From: a virus
Virus record (IMG/VR): IMGVR_UViG_3300013880_000023
Length of the DNA stretch: 20,726 nucleotides
Direction: 5' to 3' (one strand)
The position numbers were made by a program, and so were the translations under genes. Positions within the stretch are counted from its first letter, which is position 1; every line of letters starts with the position of its first letter. The notes under the pieces are model-generated. The model saw nothing but the letters and a program-made list of their open reading frames with translations. It did no database searches and was not told the origin of the DNA. Below are positions 6,982-14,649 of this stretch, piece by piece.

Positions 6982-7545
6982 TACCCTTTTTTTTTGATCT
7001 TTATCGCTTCTATTTATTCTCCTCTCATAATATATACGCCCACTTTTTGATGACCGCCTCCCCGGATGTTTTGCTACTAATTTCTCATCATGTGATCTGC
7101 CACGAGCAGTCTGGTTTCCTATTTGTCGATTGGTTTGTTTCGTTCTCTTTTGTGGTCTTTTAGATTTTTTAGTTCTTATTTTCGTCAATGCACTTTTTGG
7201 TACCCAAAAATCCATACCATTGTTATTTGTCAGCAATAAAGCCTTATCGGTCTTTCGTTTTATTTTTAAGTCTCCGTCGCTCTCTCCTATTAGTATTTGT
7301 AGATCAAGCTTGTTTTTTTTAGCGAACCAATCCGCTATTTGATATTTTTCCCCCTGTATAGATATCAGGCTCTTTTTCCATTTTTCTACATTATCTATAA
7401 ATCCTTTAGTTTTTAATCCGTTTTCATGTTGATATATAAATTCGCCTTTTCCTAAATCAACCGATATCAGTTTTGCACCCGGGTATTTTGCCCTGACATA
7501 TTCTTCTATATCACGCTTACTTATTTTTTTAGATACATCTGCCAT
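6979..7545 (-). CDS. Basic protein, 188 aa, with an R/K-rich C-terminal tail
   Basis: 'KTDKALLL...FWVPKSAL' motif; C-terminal 'HPGRRSSKSGRIYYERRINRSD'; flanked by 53-bp direct repeats. Confidence 0.85.
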   Translation of the reverse strand: MADVSKKISKRDIEEYVRAKYPGAKLISVDLGKGEFIYQHENGLKTKGFIDNVEKWKKSLISIQGEKYQIADWFAKKNKLDLQILIGESDGDLKIKRKTDKALLLTNNNGMDFWVPKSALTKIRTKKSKRPQKRTKQTNRQIGNQTARGRSHDEKLVAKHPGRRSSKSGRIYYERRINRSDKDQKKRV

Positions 7546-7600
7546 GTCGACCAGTCCTATGATACCCTTTTCTGTGAACGGTTAGTTTTTTTCGTGCCAT
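7529..7600 (-). pseudogene. Truncated duplicate of the 110-aa gene start (MARKKLTVHRKGYHRTGRHGRCI*)
   Basis: First 15 codons match 6640-6972 at protein level, then diverge and stop after 23 codons. Confidence 0.7.
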
Positions 7601-7609
7601 CTTAAATCA
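7557..7609. repeat. 53-bp perfect direct repeat, copy 2
   Basis: Identical to 6929-6981 (offset 628). Confidence 0.95.
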
Positions 7610-7618
7610 GATCCTTCT

Positions 7619-7738
7619 TCACCTCTTTTTTCTCCCACGGGACATATCTGCCTCATACACCGACAGCGGATCGCCTTTTACAAAATAGAGCTTGCCCTTC
7701 TGTCGTTTTATTCCAAGATCTTTAATTTTTTTAGCCAT
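7619..7738 (-). CDS. 39-aa basic microprotein resembling chromatin protein Cc1 (MAKKIKDLGIKRQKGKLYFVKGDPLSVYEADMSRGRKKR)
   Basis: RBS AGGAG; 'LGIKR.KG.LYFV....V....M.RG.K' recalls the Cc1 DNA-binding motif; translated by hand. Confidence 0.65.
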   Translation of the reverse strand: MAKKIKDLGIKRQKGKLYFVKGDPLSVYEADMSRGRKKR

Positions 7739-7757
7739 GTTTATAATCTCCTTGTTT

Positions 7758-8759
7758 TTATTTTATTACTTTTTTAGATCTTTCTCTTGCCGTCTTATGA
7801 ATAGATCTCGCTTTGTTGTTTTTAGGCTTTGTTAAATTATTTTTTATTGTAGAGCCAAGTTTTACTTTTTTGCCATTTCTCCACTCATAGACAATAATAT
7901 TAGAACCATACTCATCTGTAAACTCTTTTAGAACGACTGCGTTTGAGTCTTTTACTCCTCTTTTATACCGTCTATGTACCTCAAATCTTTCTTTGTTTGG
8001 TAATATGATTTGGAAATACCTGTCTAAGTTCTCCGCAGGTGAAAAATGAGCACGCCTAATTCTTGAATCGTTATATTTTTTCTCCACATCAGCAACAAAT
8101 AGTTTACCCTTTCTGTTCTTTCTTAAATCACCGGTCAGTAGAATTCTATCATATTTTATGTTGCTCTCTGGATCTCCCTCAACATAGCTATAATATCCGG
8201 TGGTTTTGTTTTTTATGTCTGACACTCGACCGACTGTCTCAAACTCTGTCATCTTCTCTATCGTGTTTCTATCCCTCGTCATTGATCCGCTACCGTGTTG
8301 CCGTGCATGGACTAACTCATGCGTATATACCCCCTCAGAGTCGATAAAATCTGGAGATATAGATATATAATTTAGTTTTGTAAAAAGATTATATGCATTT
8401 TGCCCCACAGCATGGTGAGATTTTAATGTTCCCTCTATATACACTCGCCCGATTTGTCTTCTCTCATCTGCAGTAAAGTCCTCCATTAAAACCTTTTTTG
8501 CCATCTGGTGAATTTTAGATATGGTTGCTTTTGTGCCACCCGTATATTTATATGATGTTTTTTTAATCCTCATTACATCATTTCTTGGATGGTCTATCCC
8601 GTTGAGATCGTATCTTTTATATCCACCCATTGCCCAATCGTTATATGTATCAGGAGAGTATGGCTTTATTTTTGCCATTTTGTTATAATCTATTGCCTTA
8701 GATCTATTGGATACGGCATCTGTTACCCAATCCTTCTTGCTGATTGATTTTTTGCTCAT
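7758..8759 (-). CDS. Basic protein, 333 aa, with a zincin-like metallopeptidase motif
   Basis: 'VYTHELVHARQH' (HExxH at 8307-8321) followed by 'IEKMTEFE' (possible third ligand); basic N- and C-termini. Confidence 0.75.
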   Translation of the reverse strand: MSKKSISKKDWVTDAVSNRSKAIDYNKMAKIKPYSPDTYNDWAMGGYKRYDLNGIDHPRNDVMRIKKTSYKYTGGTKATISKIHQMAKKVLMEDFTADERRQIGRVYIEGTLKSHHAVGQNAYNLFTKLNYISISPDFIDSEGVYTHELVHARQHGSGSMTRDRNTIEKMTEFETVGRVSDIKNKTTGYYSYVEGDPESNIKYDRILLTGDLRKNRKGKLFVADVEKKYNDSRIRRAHFSPAENLDRYFQIILPNKERFEVHRRYKRGVKDSNAVVLKEFTDEYGSNIIVYEWRNGKKVKLGSTIKNNLTKPKNNKARSIHKTARERSKKVIK

Positions 8760-8760
8760 C

Positions 8761-9048
8761 TTATCGTCTCACCTCTCTTTTAGATCTCTTTCTCGGTTTC
8801 CTATTCTTTAACGCTTTCAGGTTTTTTATCTCGGCAGCGTGGATCTTAGCCAATGCGGCAAAATGATCGCCTTGTTCTCTCGCATATACCGCCAGCCTTC
8901 GCAACCTGTTCTTATCTGCTTTAGTCTCCGCCTGTTTCATCAACTCCATCCGATCTTTATACTTCTTCTTGTACTCGTCAACAAGACCTAACGCCTCTTT
9001 ATGCTCCCGCTGCTCCGTTTTTATCATGCTGTCATAAGATTCAGTCAT
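8761..9048 (-). CDS. Basic coiled-coil protein, 95 aa
   Basis: Helical, charged sequence; abuts downstream gene. Confidence 0.8.
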   Translation of the reverse strand: MTESYDSMIKTEQREHKEALGLVDEYKKKYKDRMELMKQAETKADKNRLRRLAVYAREQGDHFAALAKIHAAEIKNLKALKNRKPRKRSKREVRR

Positions 9049-9093
9049 GTTTTATCACACATCTGATTGGTTTTATTAATTTGTTATTTTGTT

Positions 9094-9987
9094 TTAAACA
9101 GGTGCTATTGGTACTGCAAGAACCGCCAGCCACGGGACTGCAATAGCCAGACCAATACCATATTTTAAGAGCGTCCCTATATTACCTGCTTCGGGCAATA
9201 GTGAGAATATCTCGATAAACACGGCGATAGACCAGATGTACGCTATTATCTGACCAATCCTGAACGGATCTTTTAGACCGAACAGGTCAGAGATGCCAAA
9301 ATCGTAAGTCATGCACCATTTTGCAGTTAATAGTGGGTTAAACACTCCGCCAGCATATTTGAGTATTTGAGTACCCATTGAGGCAGCCATACCATACAAC
9401 GCTCTTGTTGTACGCTCTGTTATTGATTGCTCTTGCCATCCTGCTGACTGGGTTCTGCTCGTTAAGATGTTTTGCATTTGCTCGCTGTTAATAGACTCGT
9501 TGTAATATTTCTCCAATACTGATGAGTTCAATGCAGGCTGAAAGACGATAAAATCTGATCCATAAACGTTAGTCGTTCTGGTCGGTCCGATTATCTCATT
9601 TACCGGCACAGAGAAATAAACGGGATATGCTGCAGCGTACATGTTCTCATGCTGAAACATAACTCTACCATCCCTGATTGGTGCTATCATCTCTCCACTC
9701 TGAACCTTTGCCCATGACTCAGCTACGGTAGTTCCACTGCCAGCATGCACATGTGATAACGTGAATGGTTCAAACTTGCCAACGTTTTCTGGCAATAAAC
9801 TTTTGGATGGAGTGCCCTCAGTGGTGACAGTGATCTGAAGATCTTTAGCAACATTGGATGACGATATTTGTTCTGCCTCTGCAAAGATCTGATCACTATA
9901 TCCTGCAGGCACTCCAGGGGCAAACATGGCTACGATAAGAAAATAAACAGCACCGAATATGATCAGGCTGGTTAGATACCTGCTCAT
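9094..9987 (-). CDS. Membrane-anchored virion (tail/adsorption-like) protein, 297 aa
   Basis: N-terminal signal/TM, soluble middle, hydrophobic C-terminal helices; adjacent to capsid genes. Confidence 0.75.
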   Translation of the reverse strand: MSRYLTSLIIFGAVYFLIVAMFAPGVPAGYSDQIFAEAEQISSSNVAKDLQITVTTEGTPSKSLLPENVGKFEPFTLSHVHAGSGTTVAESWAKVQSGEMIAPIRDGRVMFQHENMYAAAYPVYFSVPVNEIIGPTRTTNVYGSDFIVFQPALNSSVLEKYYNESINSEQMQNILTSRTQSAGWQEQSITERTTRALYGMAASMGTQILKYAGGVFNPLLTAKWCMTYDFGISDLFGLKDPFRIGQIIAYIWSIAVFIEIFSLLPEAGNIGTLLKYGIGLAIAVPWLAVLAVPIAPV

Positions 9988-9988
9988 C

Positions 9989-10882
9989 CTAACTTCCTCC
10001 GCCCATCGTTCTTGTAAAAGATATAATCACTAATGCAACGGCAAAGATCGCTATCACGAATATTACATAAGTAGGTACGATCATTATGCCAGTTGATGCT
10101 GTTATTCCTGCACATAGCAATAAGATCCCTACCAGACCAACAAGACCAACACGCCAGCCTCCTATCTGTGCGAATATTGCTGATACGAATAGGATTATGA
10201 GAAGATAGATGATCTCTTTGTGCGTCGATACGATGGATATTCCTTCTTGAATAACTGTCTTAGTTGTTGTGATTAACGCTCCAATACTTGTATCCCCGCT
10301 TGCAGTGGCGGGTAGTATTGATCCTAATAAACCTAAATCTCCCGACTGTTTTGCTGGAGGTGATACTGGCGAGACGGTTGGTTGATATAATGTTGTCTTA
10401 TTAGATGTAGGAATATATACAGGATATACGGGTGTGATTGTTGTTGGTGCTGATGCAGTCCCTATTGTTGGTCTCTCTGCGTATGTAACACCATACGTGG
10501 CGGGCACAGATCCATACTGCTGAGGCGTATCAACTGGATATAAAATGTCTTTTGTATCTGTTTCTATCTGTGGTGTTACAAACTGACCTGCCTCTGTCTG
10601 TTTGGCTTGCTGTTGATCTAATCCATACGTGGCAGGGAGTACTTCGGTGCCAAGTTTCTTCATTCCAGAAAAGAATTGTTCCTTAATTTGGTCTGCTGTT
10701 AGACCACTCCTTGTCACGTCTTGTTTTACCTGACCAGAAGTAGTTTGTGTTGTTGGTTGAGATTGGTTTTCTTGGGCAATGGCAGAGATTGGACTAAAAA
10801 ACGAGAATAAAACAATAGCAAGTGCTAAACAGAGTGAGATAATACATGTAACTTTTGTCCGTCTTGCCATGCTTTTAGCCAT
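9989..10882 (-). CDS. Membrane-anchored virion protein, 297 aa, with Thr/Pro/Gln-rich ectodomain and about three C-terminal TM helices (fusellovirus VP4-like topology)
   Basis: N-terminal signal; repeated PATYG; three hydrophobic stretches at the C-terminus. Confidence 0.75.
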   Translation of the reverse strand: MAKSMARRTKVTCIISLCLALAIVLFSFFSPISAIAQENQSQPTTQTTSGQVKQDVTRSGLTADQIKEQFFSGMKKLGTEVLPATYGLDQQQAKQTEAGQFVTPQIETDTKDILYPVDTPQQYGSVPATYGVTYAERPTIGTASAPTTITPVYPVYIPTSNKTTLYQPTVSPVSPPAKQSGDLGLLGSILPATASGDTSIGALITTTKTVIQEGISIVSTHKEIIYLLIILFVSAIFAQIGGWRVGLVGLVGILLLCAGITASTGIMIVPTYVIFVIAIFAVALVIISFTRTMGGGS

Positions 10883-10948
10883 TTTAATACCCTTGCGGTT
10901 ATTAATTTTGTATTTGTATGATTCATATTCTACGATATCTGTCTATTT

Positions 10949-11050
10949 CTATTTACCTGCAGCCATCCTGCTAATGAACAAGGCAAGAGATCTAAACAAT
11001 GCCTGAACACAATACACCACATTCTGTGACGATGGTAAGAACAGTCCCAT
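10949..11050 (-). CDS. 33-aa peptide MGLFLPSSQNVVYCVQALFRSLALFISRMAAGK
   Basis: RBS GGAGG within upstream gene end; ends in GK. Confidence 0.7.
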   Translation of the reverse strand: MGLFLPSSQNVVYCVQALFRSLALFISRMAAGK

Positions 11051-11051
11051 T

Positions 11052-11207
11052 TTAGAACCCTCCACAAAAAGCTGATAATATTGCACCGACTAACGTTCCA
11101 AGTTCTGCCCATAATGCCTGCCAGATGGGACAGAAATATAAAATCGTTCCGTCTATCATCATACCAATGGCATCATCGTTTTTAAACAATTCTTTTATAT
11201 GTCTCAT
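11052..11207 (-). CDS. 51-aa peptide with leader: MRHIKELFKNDDAIGMMIDGTILYFCPIWQALWAELGTLVGAILSAFCGGF
   Basis: RBS AGGAGGTG; 38/40 nt identical to the start of 6308-6595. Confidence 0.85.
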   Translation of the reverse strand: MRHIKELFKNDDAIGMMIDGTILYFCPIWQALWAELGTLVGAILSAFCGGF

Positions 11208-11224
11208 TTACAATCAGCACCTCC

Positions 11225-11506
11225 TTAATCAGAATCATCCTTGTCATTGCCGAACCAACCCAGAATAGCAAAGATTAGCCCTATCATAAACATGACTATC
11301 ACGATTATTGGTATATATCCCCAGATCATTCCGAGCAGAGTAGGATTCATCTCCGTACCAGCCAGACTCTCAGGAAGACCACCAAACATCTGGAACGCTA
11401 TCGGGAACAAGATGCCTGCAAGTATGATACCGATGCCTATGGCCACTACTGCCTCAACCATCTCCTTGATCGTGAACGCCGCATCTTCATTTTTTATCAG
11501 TTTCAT
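11225..11506 (-). CDS. Spindle-shaped-virus-type capsid protein paralogue, 93 aa, with a class III-like leader (MKLIKNEDA)
   Basis: Two hydrophobic helices 'IGIGIILAGILFPIAF' and 'MIWGYIPIIVIVMFMIGLIF' mirror the fusellovirus VP1/VP3 pattern (IGIVLLPVI...LLNLVPLFYIL); RBS AGGAG. Confidence 0.75.
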   Translation of the reverse strand: MKLIKNEDAAFTIKEMVEAVVAIGIGIILAGILFPIAFQMFGGLPESLAGTEMNPTLLGMIWGYIPIIVIVMFMIGLIFAILGWFGNDKDDSD

Positions 11507-11553
11507 TTGATCCGACTCCTTTTTGTTTTAAATTTTGTATTTTATTGTAACAT

Positions 11554-11568
11554 AAAAAATAAAAAAAA
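11554..11568 (-). terminator. Oligo-T terminator candidate after the 77-aa capsid gene
   Basis: TTTTTTTTATTTTTT on minus strand about 35 bp after stop. Confidence 0.45.
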
Positions 11569-11602
11569 TGTTGATGCCTCCAGAAGGCTACCAGCACGCT
11601 GT

Positions 11603-11836
11603 TTATCTTCCACTGTCTTTTATAGTAGACATAGCGTAATATATAATGCCGATTGCAATCGCCAATATGACCATCATTGGGATCAGTGTCCATAGATTCT
11701 CAATACCAGCCATTGCACCAGTAAACTCTATGTCAGCTGACGAGAACATATTCAATGCCACTGGTATCAACGCAGCAACGATTATTAAACCGATTGCAAT
11801 GTTTATTATAGTCTCTATATCGAATGGTTTAGCCAT
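11603..11836 (-). CDS. Major capsid protein candidate of spindle-shaped-virus type, 77 aa
   Basis: 'IAIGLIIVAALIPVAL...TG...LWTLIPMMVILAIAIG' matches the fusellovirus/His1 two-helix MCP pattern; own AT-rich promoter and RBS GAGGTG. Confidence 0.8.
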   Translation of the reverse strand: MAKPFDIETIINIAIGLIIVAALIPVALNMFSSADIEFTGAMAGIENLWTLIPMMVILAIAIGIIYYAMSTIKDSGR

Positions 11837-11923
11837 TTTTTTAACACCTCTTATATTATTACTTTATTACTTTTTTAAATTTATTCAAAAAATTTAATTA
11901 AATAAAAACTTTTTACCAGAACA

Positions 11924-12040
11924 TCAGAGCATATTGCATAAGGACTGAATAACTCCGATTACAATGTTGCCAAAACCTCTAACGAACTCTTGGAACACCG
12001 CAGTAGATGGTATTGGACAGCATAATTGAATTATTCCCAT
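11924..12040 (-). CDS. 38-aa peptide MGIIQLCCPIPSTAVFQEFVRGFGNIVIGVIQSLCNML
   Basis: RBS GGAGGTG; TGATG coupling with upstream gene. Confidence 0.75.
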   Translation of the reverse strand: MGIIQLCCPIPSTAVFQEFVRGFGNIVIGVIQSLCNML

Positions 12041-12150
12041 CACTTACCACCTCCCAGACTAACTCCAGCCAACGACTTTGTAATTACCCGATACAGTTCA
12101 TTTTGCAATACAATGATATATTGCAAAATCGTATTAATCAAAGCACCCAT
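12040..12150 (-). CDS. 36-aa amphipathic peptide MGALINTILQYIIVLQNELYRVITKSLAGVSLGGGK
   Basis: RBS GAGGTG; ends in GK. Confidence 0.75.
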   Translation of the reverse strand: MGALINTILQYIIVLQNELYRVITKSLAGVSLGGGK

Positions 12151-12259
12151 TTTAATTGCACCTCTTCTTATTTATAATTTATTTGTTATATATATTTATT
12201 GGTTAATAATATATTTTGGTTAATATTATCATATTATCTTATGCATCTGATTTACCATC

Positions 12260-12538
12260 TTATTTGCCTGTTGCTCCCTGCATTACTGCCGGAACGGCTG
12301 CACTTGCACCACCAGATGACCCGCCGCCAAATATTCCACCAATCAACGATACCAAAGATCCGCACATTGTTGAACATGATGACAAAATACCCGAGCACAT
12401 TGATGACGTAGACGGTAATATATTTGCACACGTATTACCGATCGCCAATGCTGTTGTATTTGATATCAAAGACGTGCATATCTGTGGAAGACCACAACAA
12501 ACTGCACTACAACAAAACTGAGTTATTATTCCTGACAT
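12260..12538 (-). CDS. Cys/Ser/Gly-rich hydrophobic protein, 92 aa, ending in GK
   Basis: RBS AGGAGGT; many Cys, almost no charged residues. Confidence 0.85.
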   Translation of the reverse strand: MSGIITQFCCSAVCCGLPQICTSLISNTTALAIGNTCANILPSTSSMCSGILSSCSTMCGSLVSLIGGIFGGGSSGGASAAVPAVMQGATGK

Positions 12539-12542
12539 TTTT

Positions 12543-12794
12543 TTATACCTCCTTTTTTTTATCTTTATTTAAATTTAAGATTTTTTTGCATTGTGGGCAT
12601 TGTATAGACTCAGCCGTCGTTTTTAAGGAATACCACGTATAACCACAATACCAACACCGCACTTTTTTATAGATGTATTTTTTACATCTCGGGCATTGCA
12701 GAGGATGAAACCCCGAAGTAGATCGGGGAAACCATTCATACCCGCAATACTCACAATGCATCTTTTTTATTACTATTTTATTGTCTTCCATCAT
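12543..12794 (-). CDS. Double zinc-finger protein, 83 aa
   Basis: Two units CxxCGYxW...QCPxC. Confidence 0.85.
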   Translation of the reverse strand: MMEDNKIVIKKMHCEYCGYEWFPRSTSGFHPLQCPRCKKYIYKKVRCWYCGYTWYSLKTTAESIQCPQCKKILNLNKDKKKEV

Positions 12795-12814
12795 CTTATA
12801 TTCTTCTTATTTTA

Positions 12815-14284
12815 TTATTGTTTTTTAAGAAGAAAATATATACCGCCACTCCAACACAATACGATCAAAACAGGAATGATCAACCAGTATATATTAAAAC
12901 CGCCCTCTTTCTTCTCTTCTTCTATTGGTGCTGTTACTACTGGAATTCCTGTCTCTGTTTGCTCTTCAGGAATTGCCACCGATACATGATATGACCCGGA
13001 TGCATAAGCTGTATTCTCTATATCCGATACCTCTACCCTGTAATCCCCTTCCCGTGCATTATCAAGCATTAGGACAAACCTTCCAGACTGAATATCAGTG
13101 AAGTACTGAGTGCCATCAACGGTTACAATTAATCGTTTTTGTCCGTCTGGTATGTTTGTAGATCCCATTATCATCAGTTTACCATCAGCCGATAATGTGA
13201 CATCGCTTATCGTGATGGTAGGCAGATCAACCGAGACTTTTACCCTGTTCACTATGTCATAGTTCGATGATGCCGTCTGGTTGTTCATGAACCTGCTTAT
13301 ACCGTCTGGATACGATAACAGTTTGCCAGTTTCTTCTATGGAGCCGTAATGATAGAACCCATCCGCTCCCGGATGTACTATTAGCACATCGTACATTCCA
13401 CGCTGTAACCTGTCTATCGGAGAAATCATGCCGTTTCGATCATAGAACGAAAAGTTCAACGGTTTTACTGTAGCGTCAAATGTGCCATCCTCTGACATAA
13501 TGTTTAGCTGAGTGTACCCCGCAAGACCATTACCCACAAGCCAAACTTCGACTTTTTTAGTCCCGTCTGCTGTACCACTGATGTTTATATCTCCATGAAC
13601 TGTAGTCCTTGCCGATGCATTGAGAGATAGACGAGGCTCTGCTAAAAACACTGGAGCGACTGCCTGTATGTTCTTATCGTCTCCGTAATAGATTAATACG
13701 GAGTAGTTTCCGGGCTGTAGATTTTTAGTATTGATGTTTATATCAAACTTGCCGTCTGACACGGTTATGTTAGTTAAACCATATTCTCTTCCTCTGTCGT
13801 CTCTTATAACTGCTGTCAAATTATCCTTTAAATTAGTCTCTCCTGTAATGTTAACCATATCGCCATAGGTTGATACCCTGTCGATCTCCACCAAGTTTAT
13901 GAACGCATCCTCTGGCACCGGAGGTATAACCCTAAATATTGCATACTTACCAGAACTATACGCAATATAATACCCTTCTTTAAGATCCTTCGTATCAATA
14001 GACGTGCCCGATTTATCAACATCATGCCGTGCCTCTTTGTATATCTGCTCAACCGAGTTATAAACACCGTTCACCGTTGCTTGCGTATCGAATATAAGCA
14101 CTGTACCCCGTTCTATCGATCCTATTTCTTTATTCTCCAGCGTAACCTGTCTTGTTATTTTTGGTTGTTCTTTCTGCCCCGGCGTAAACATCTGTCCTTC
14201 TGCTATCTCTGACATGATAGGTATTGATACTGATAGACAGAATATTGCCAACACTATTATTCCGAATATTGTTTTACTATTCAT
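12815..14284 (-). CDS. S-layer-like secreted glycoprotein with repeated beta-rich domains and C-terminal membrane anchor, 489 aa
   Basis: Signal peptide; repeated '(I)xGxTN(L/I)' and 'GxYxVxI' motifs, 'YDVLIVHPGADG'; at least 8 N-x-S/T sequons; 'GGF'+TM+'KKQ' tail resembling PGF-CTERM. Confidence 0.75.
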   Translation of the reverse strand: MNSKTIFGIIVLAIFCLSVSIPIMSEIAEGQMFTPGQKEQPKITRQVTLENKEIGSIERGTVLIFDTQATVNGVYNSVEQIYKEARHDVDKSGTSIDTKDLKEGYYIAYSSGKYAIFRVIPPVPEDAFINLVEIDRVSTYGDMVNITGETNLKDNLTAVIRDDRGREYGLTNITVSDGKFDININTKNLQPGNYSVLIYYGDDKNIQAVAPVFLAEPRLSLNASARTTVHGDINISGTADGTKKVEVWLVGNGLAGYTQLNIMSEDGTFDATVKPLNFSFYDRNGMISPIDRLQRGMYDVLIVHPGADGFYHYGSIEETGKLLSYPDGISRFMNNQTASSNYDIVNRVKVSVDLPTITISDVTLSADGKLMIMGSTNIPDGQKRLIVTVDGTQYFTDIQSGRFVLMLDNAREGDYRVEVSDIENTAYASGSYHVSVAIPEEQTETGIPVVTAPIEEEKKEGGFNIYWLIIPVLIVLCWSGGIYFLLKKQ

Positions 14285-14323
14285 GTTTAAACTCTTCTCT
14301 TTTATTTATTTTTATTATAAATA

Positions 14324-14401
14324 TCATCTAACACAACATAGAGGTAATGTTTCATATATCATATCAATTACAAATAAAACCGCTTGAATACATATTTGCA
14401 T
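14324..14401 (-). CDS. 25-aa peptide MQICIQAVLFVIDMIYETLPLCCVR
   Basis: RBS GGTGA; paralogue of the next two genes. Confidence 0.75.
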   Translation of the reverse strand: MQICIQAVLFVIDMIYETLPLCCVR

Positions 14402-14414
14402 TTATATCACCCTA

Positions 14415-14489
14415 TCATCTATAAAATAATGGAAGTGACATCCATATAAATTTAACAACACATGCAAGTGTTTTTATAACGAATCCCAT
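14415..14489 (-). CDS. 24-aa peptide MGFVIKTLACVVKFIWMSLPLFYR
   Basis: RBS AGGTGA. Confidence 0.75.
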   Translation of the reverse strand: MGFVIKTLACVVKFIWMSLPLFYR

Positions 14490-14495
14490 CTTTTA

Positions 14496-14648
14496 TCACC
14501 TACACAACATTGGAATTGATGCCCAGATCCAATTCACCGCTTCTAACATCATTAAATAGGCATACCCTGCAATAGTACCCATAATTAAATTTAACCCATT
14601 AAATCCACAATTACATATATTGCATAGTAATGATATAGCTATCTTCAT
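14496..14648 (-). CDS. 50-aa peptide MKIAISLLCNICNCGFNGLNLIMGTIAGYAYLMMLEAVNWIWASIPMLCR
   Basis: Start 1 bp after upstream stop; C-terminus paralogous to the two downstream peptides. Confidence 0.75.
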   Translation of the reverse strand: MKIAISLLCNICNCGFNGLNLIMGTIAGYAYLMMLEAVNWIWASIPMLCR

Positions 14649-14649
14649 G

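Noticed and set aside
10779-12989. Alternative-frame and antisense ORFs around the capsid genes (10779, 10930, 11241, 11487, 11507, 11646, 12026-12696)
   Set aside because: Overlap better-supported genes that have RBSs and recognisable patterns
14324-14648. Terminal Arg as a functional motif on its own
   Set aside because: AGG-TGA/AGA-TGA can double as or adjoin the next gene's RBS (AGGTGA), so the Arg may be a by-product of translational coupling
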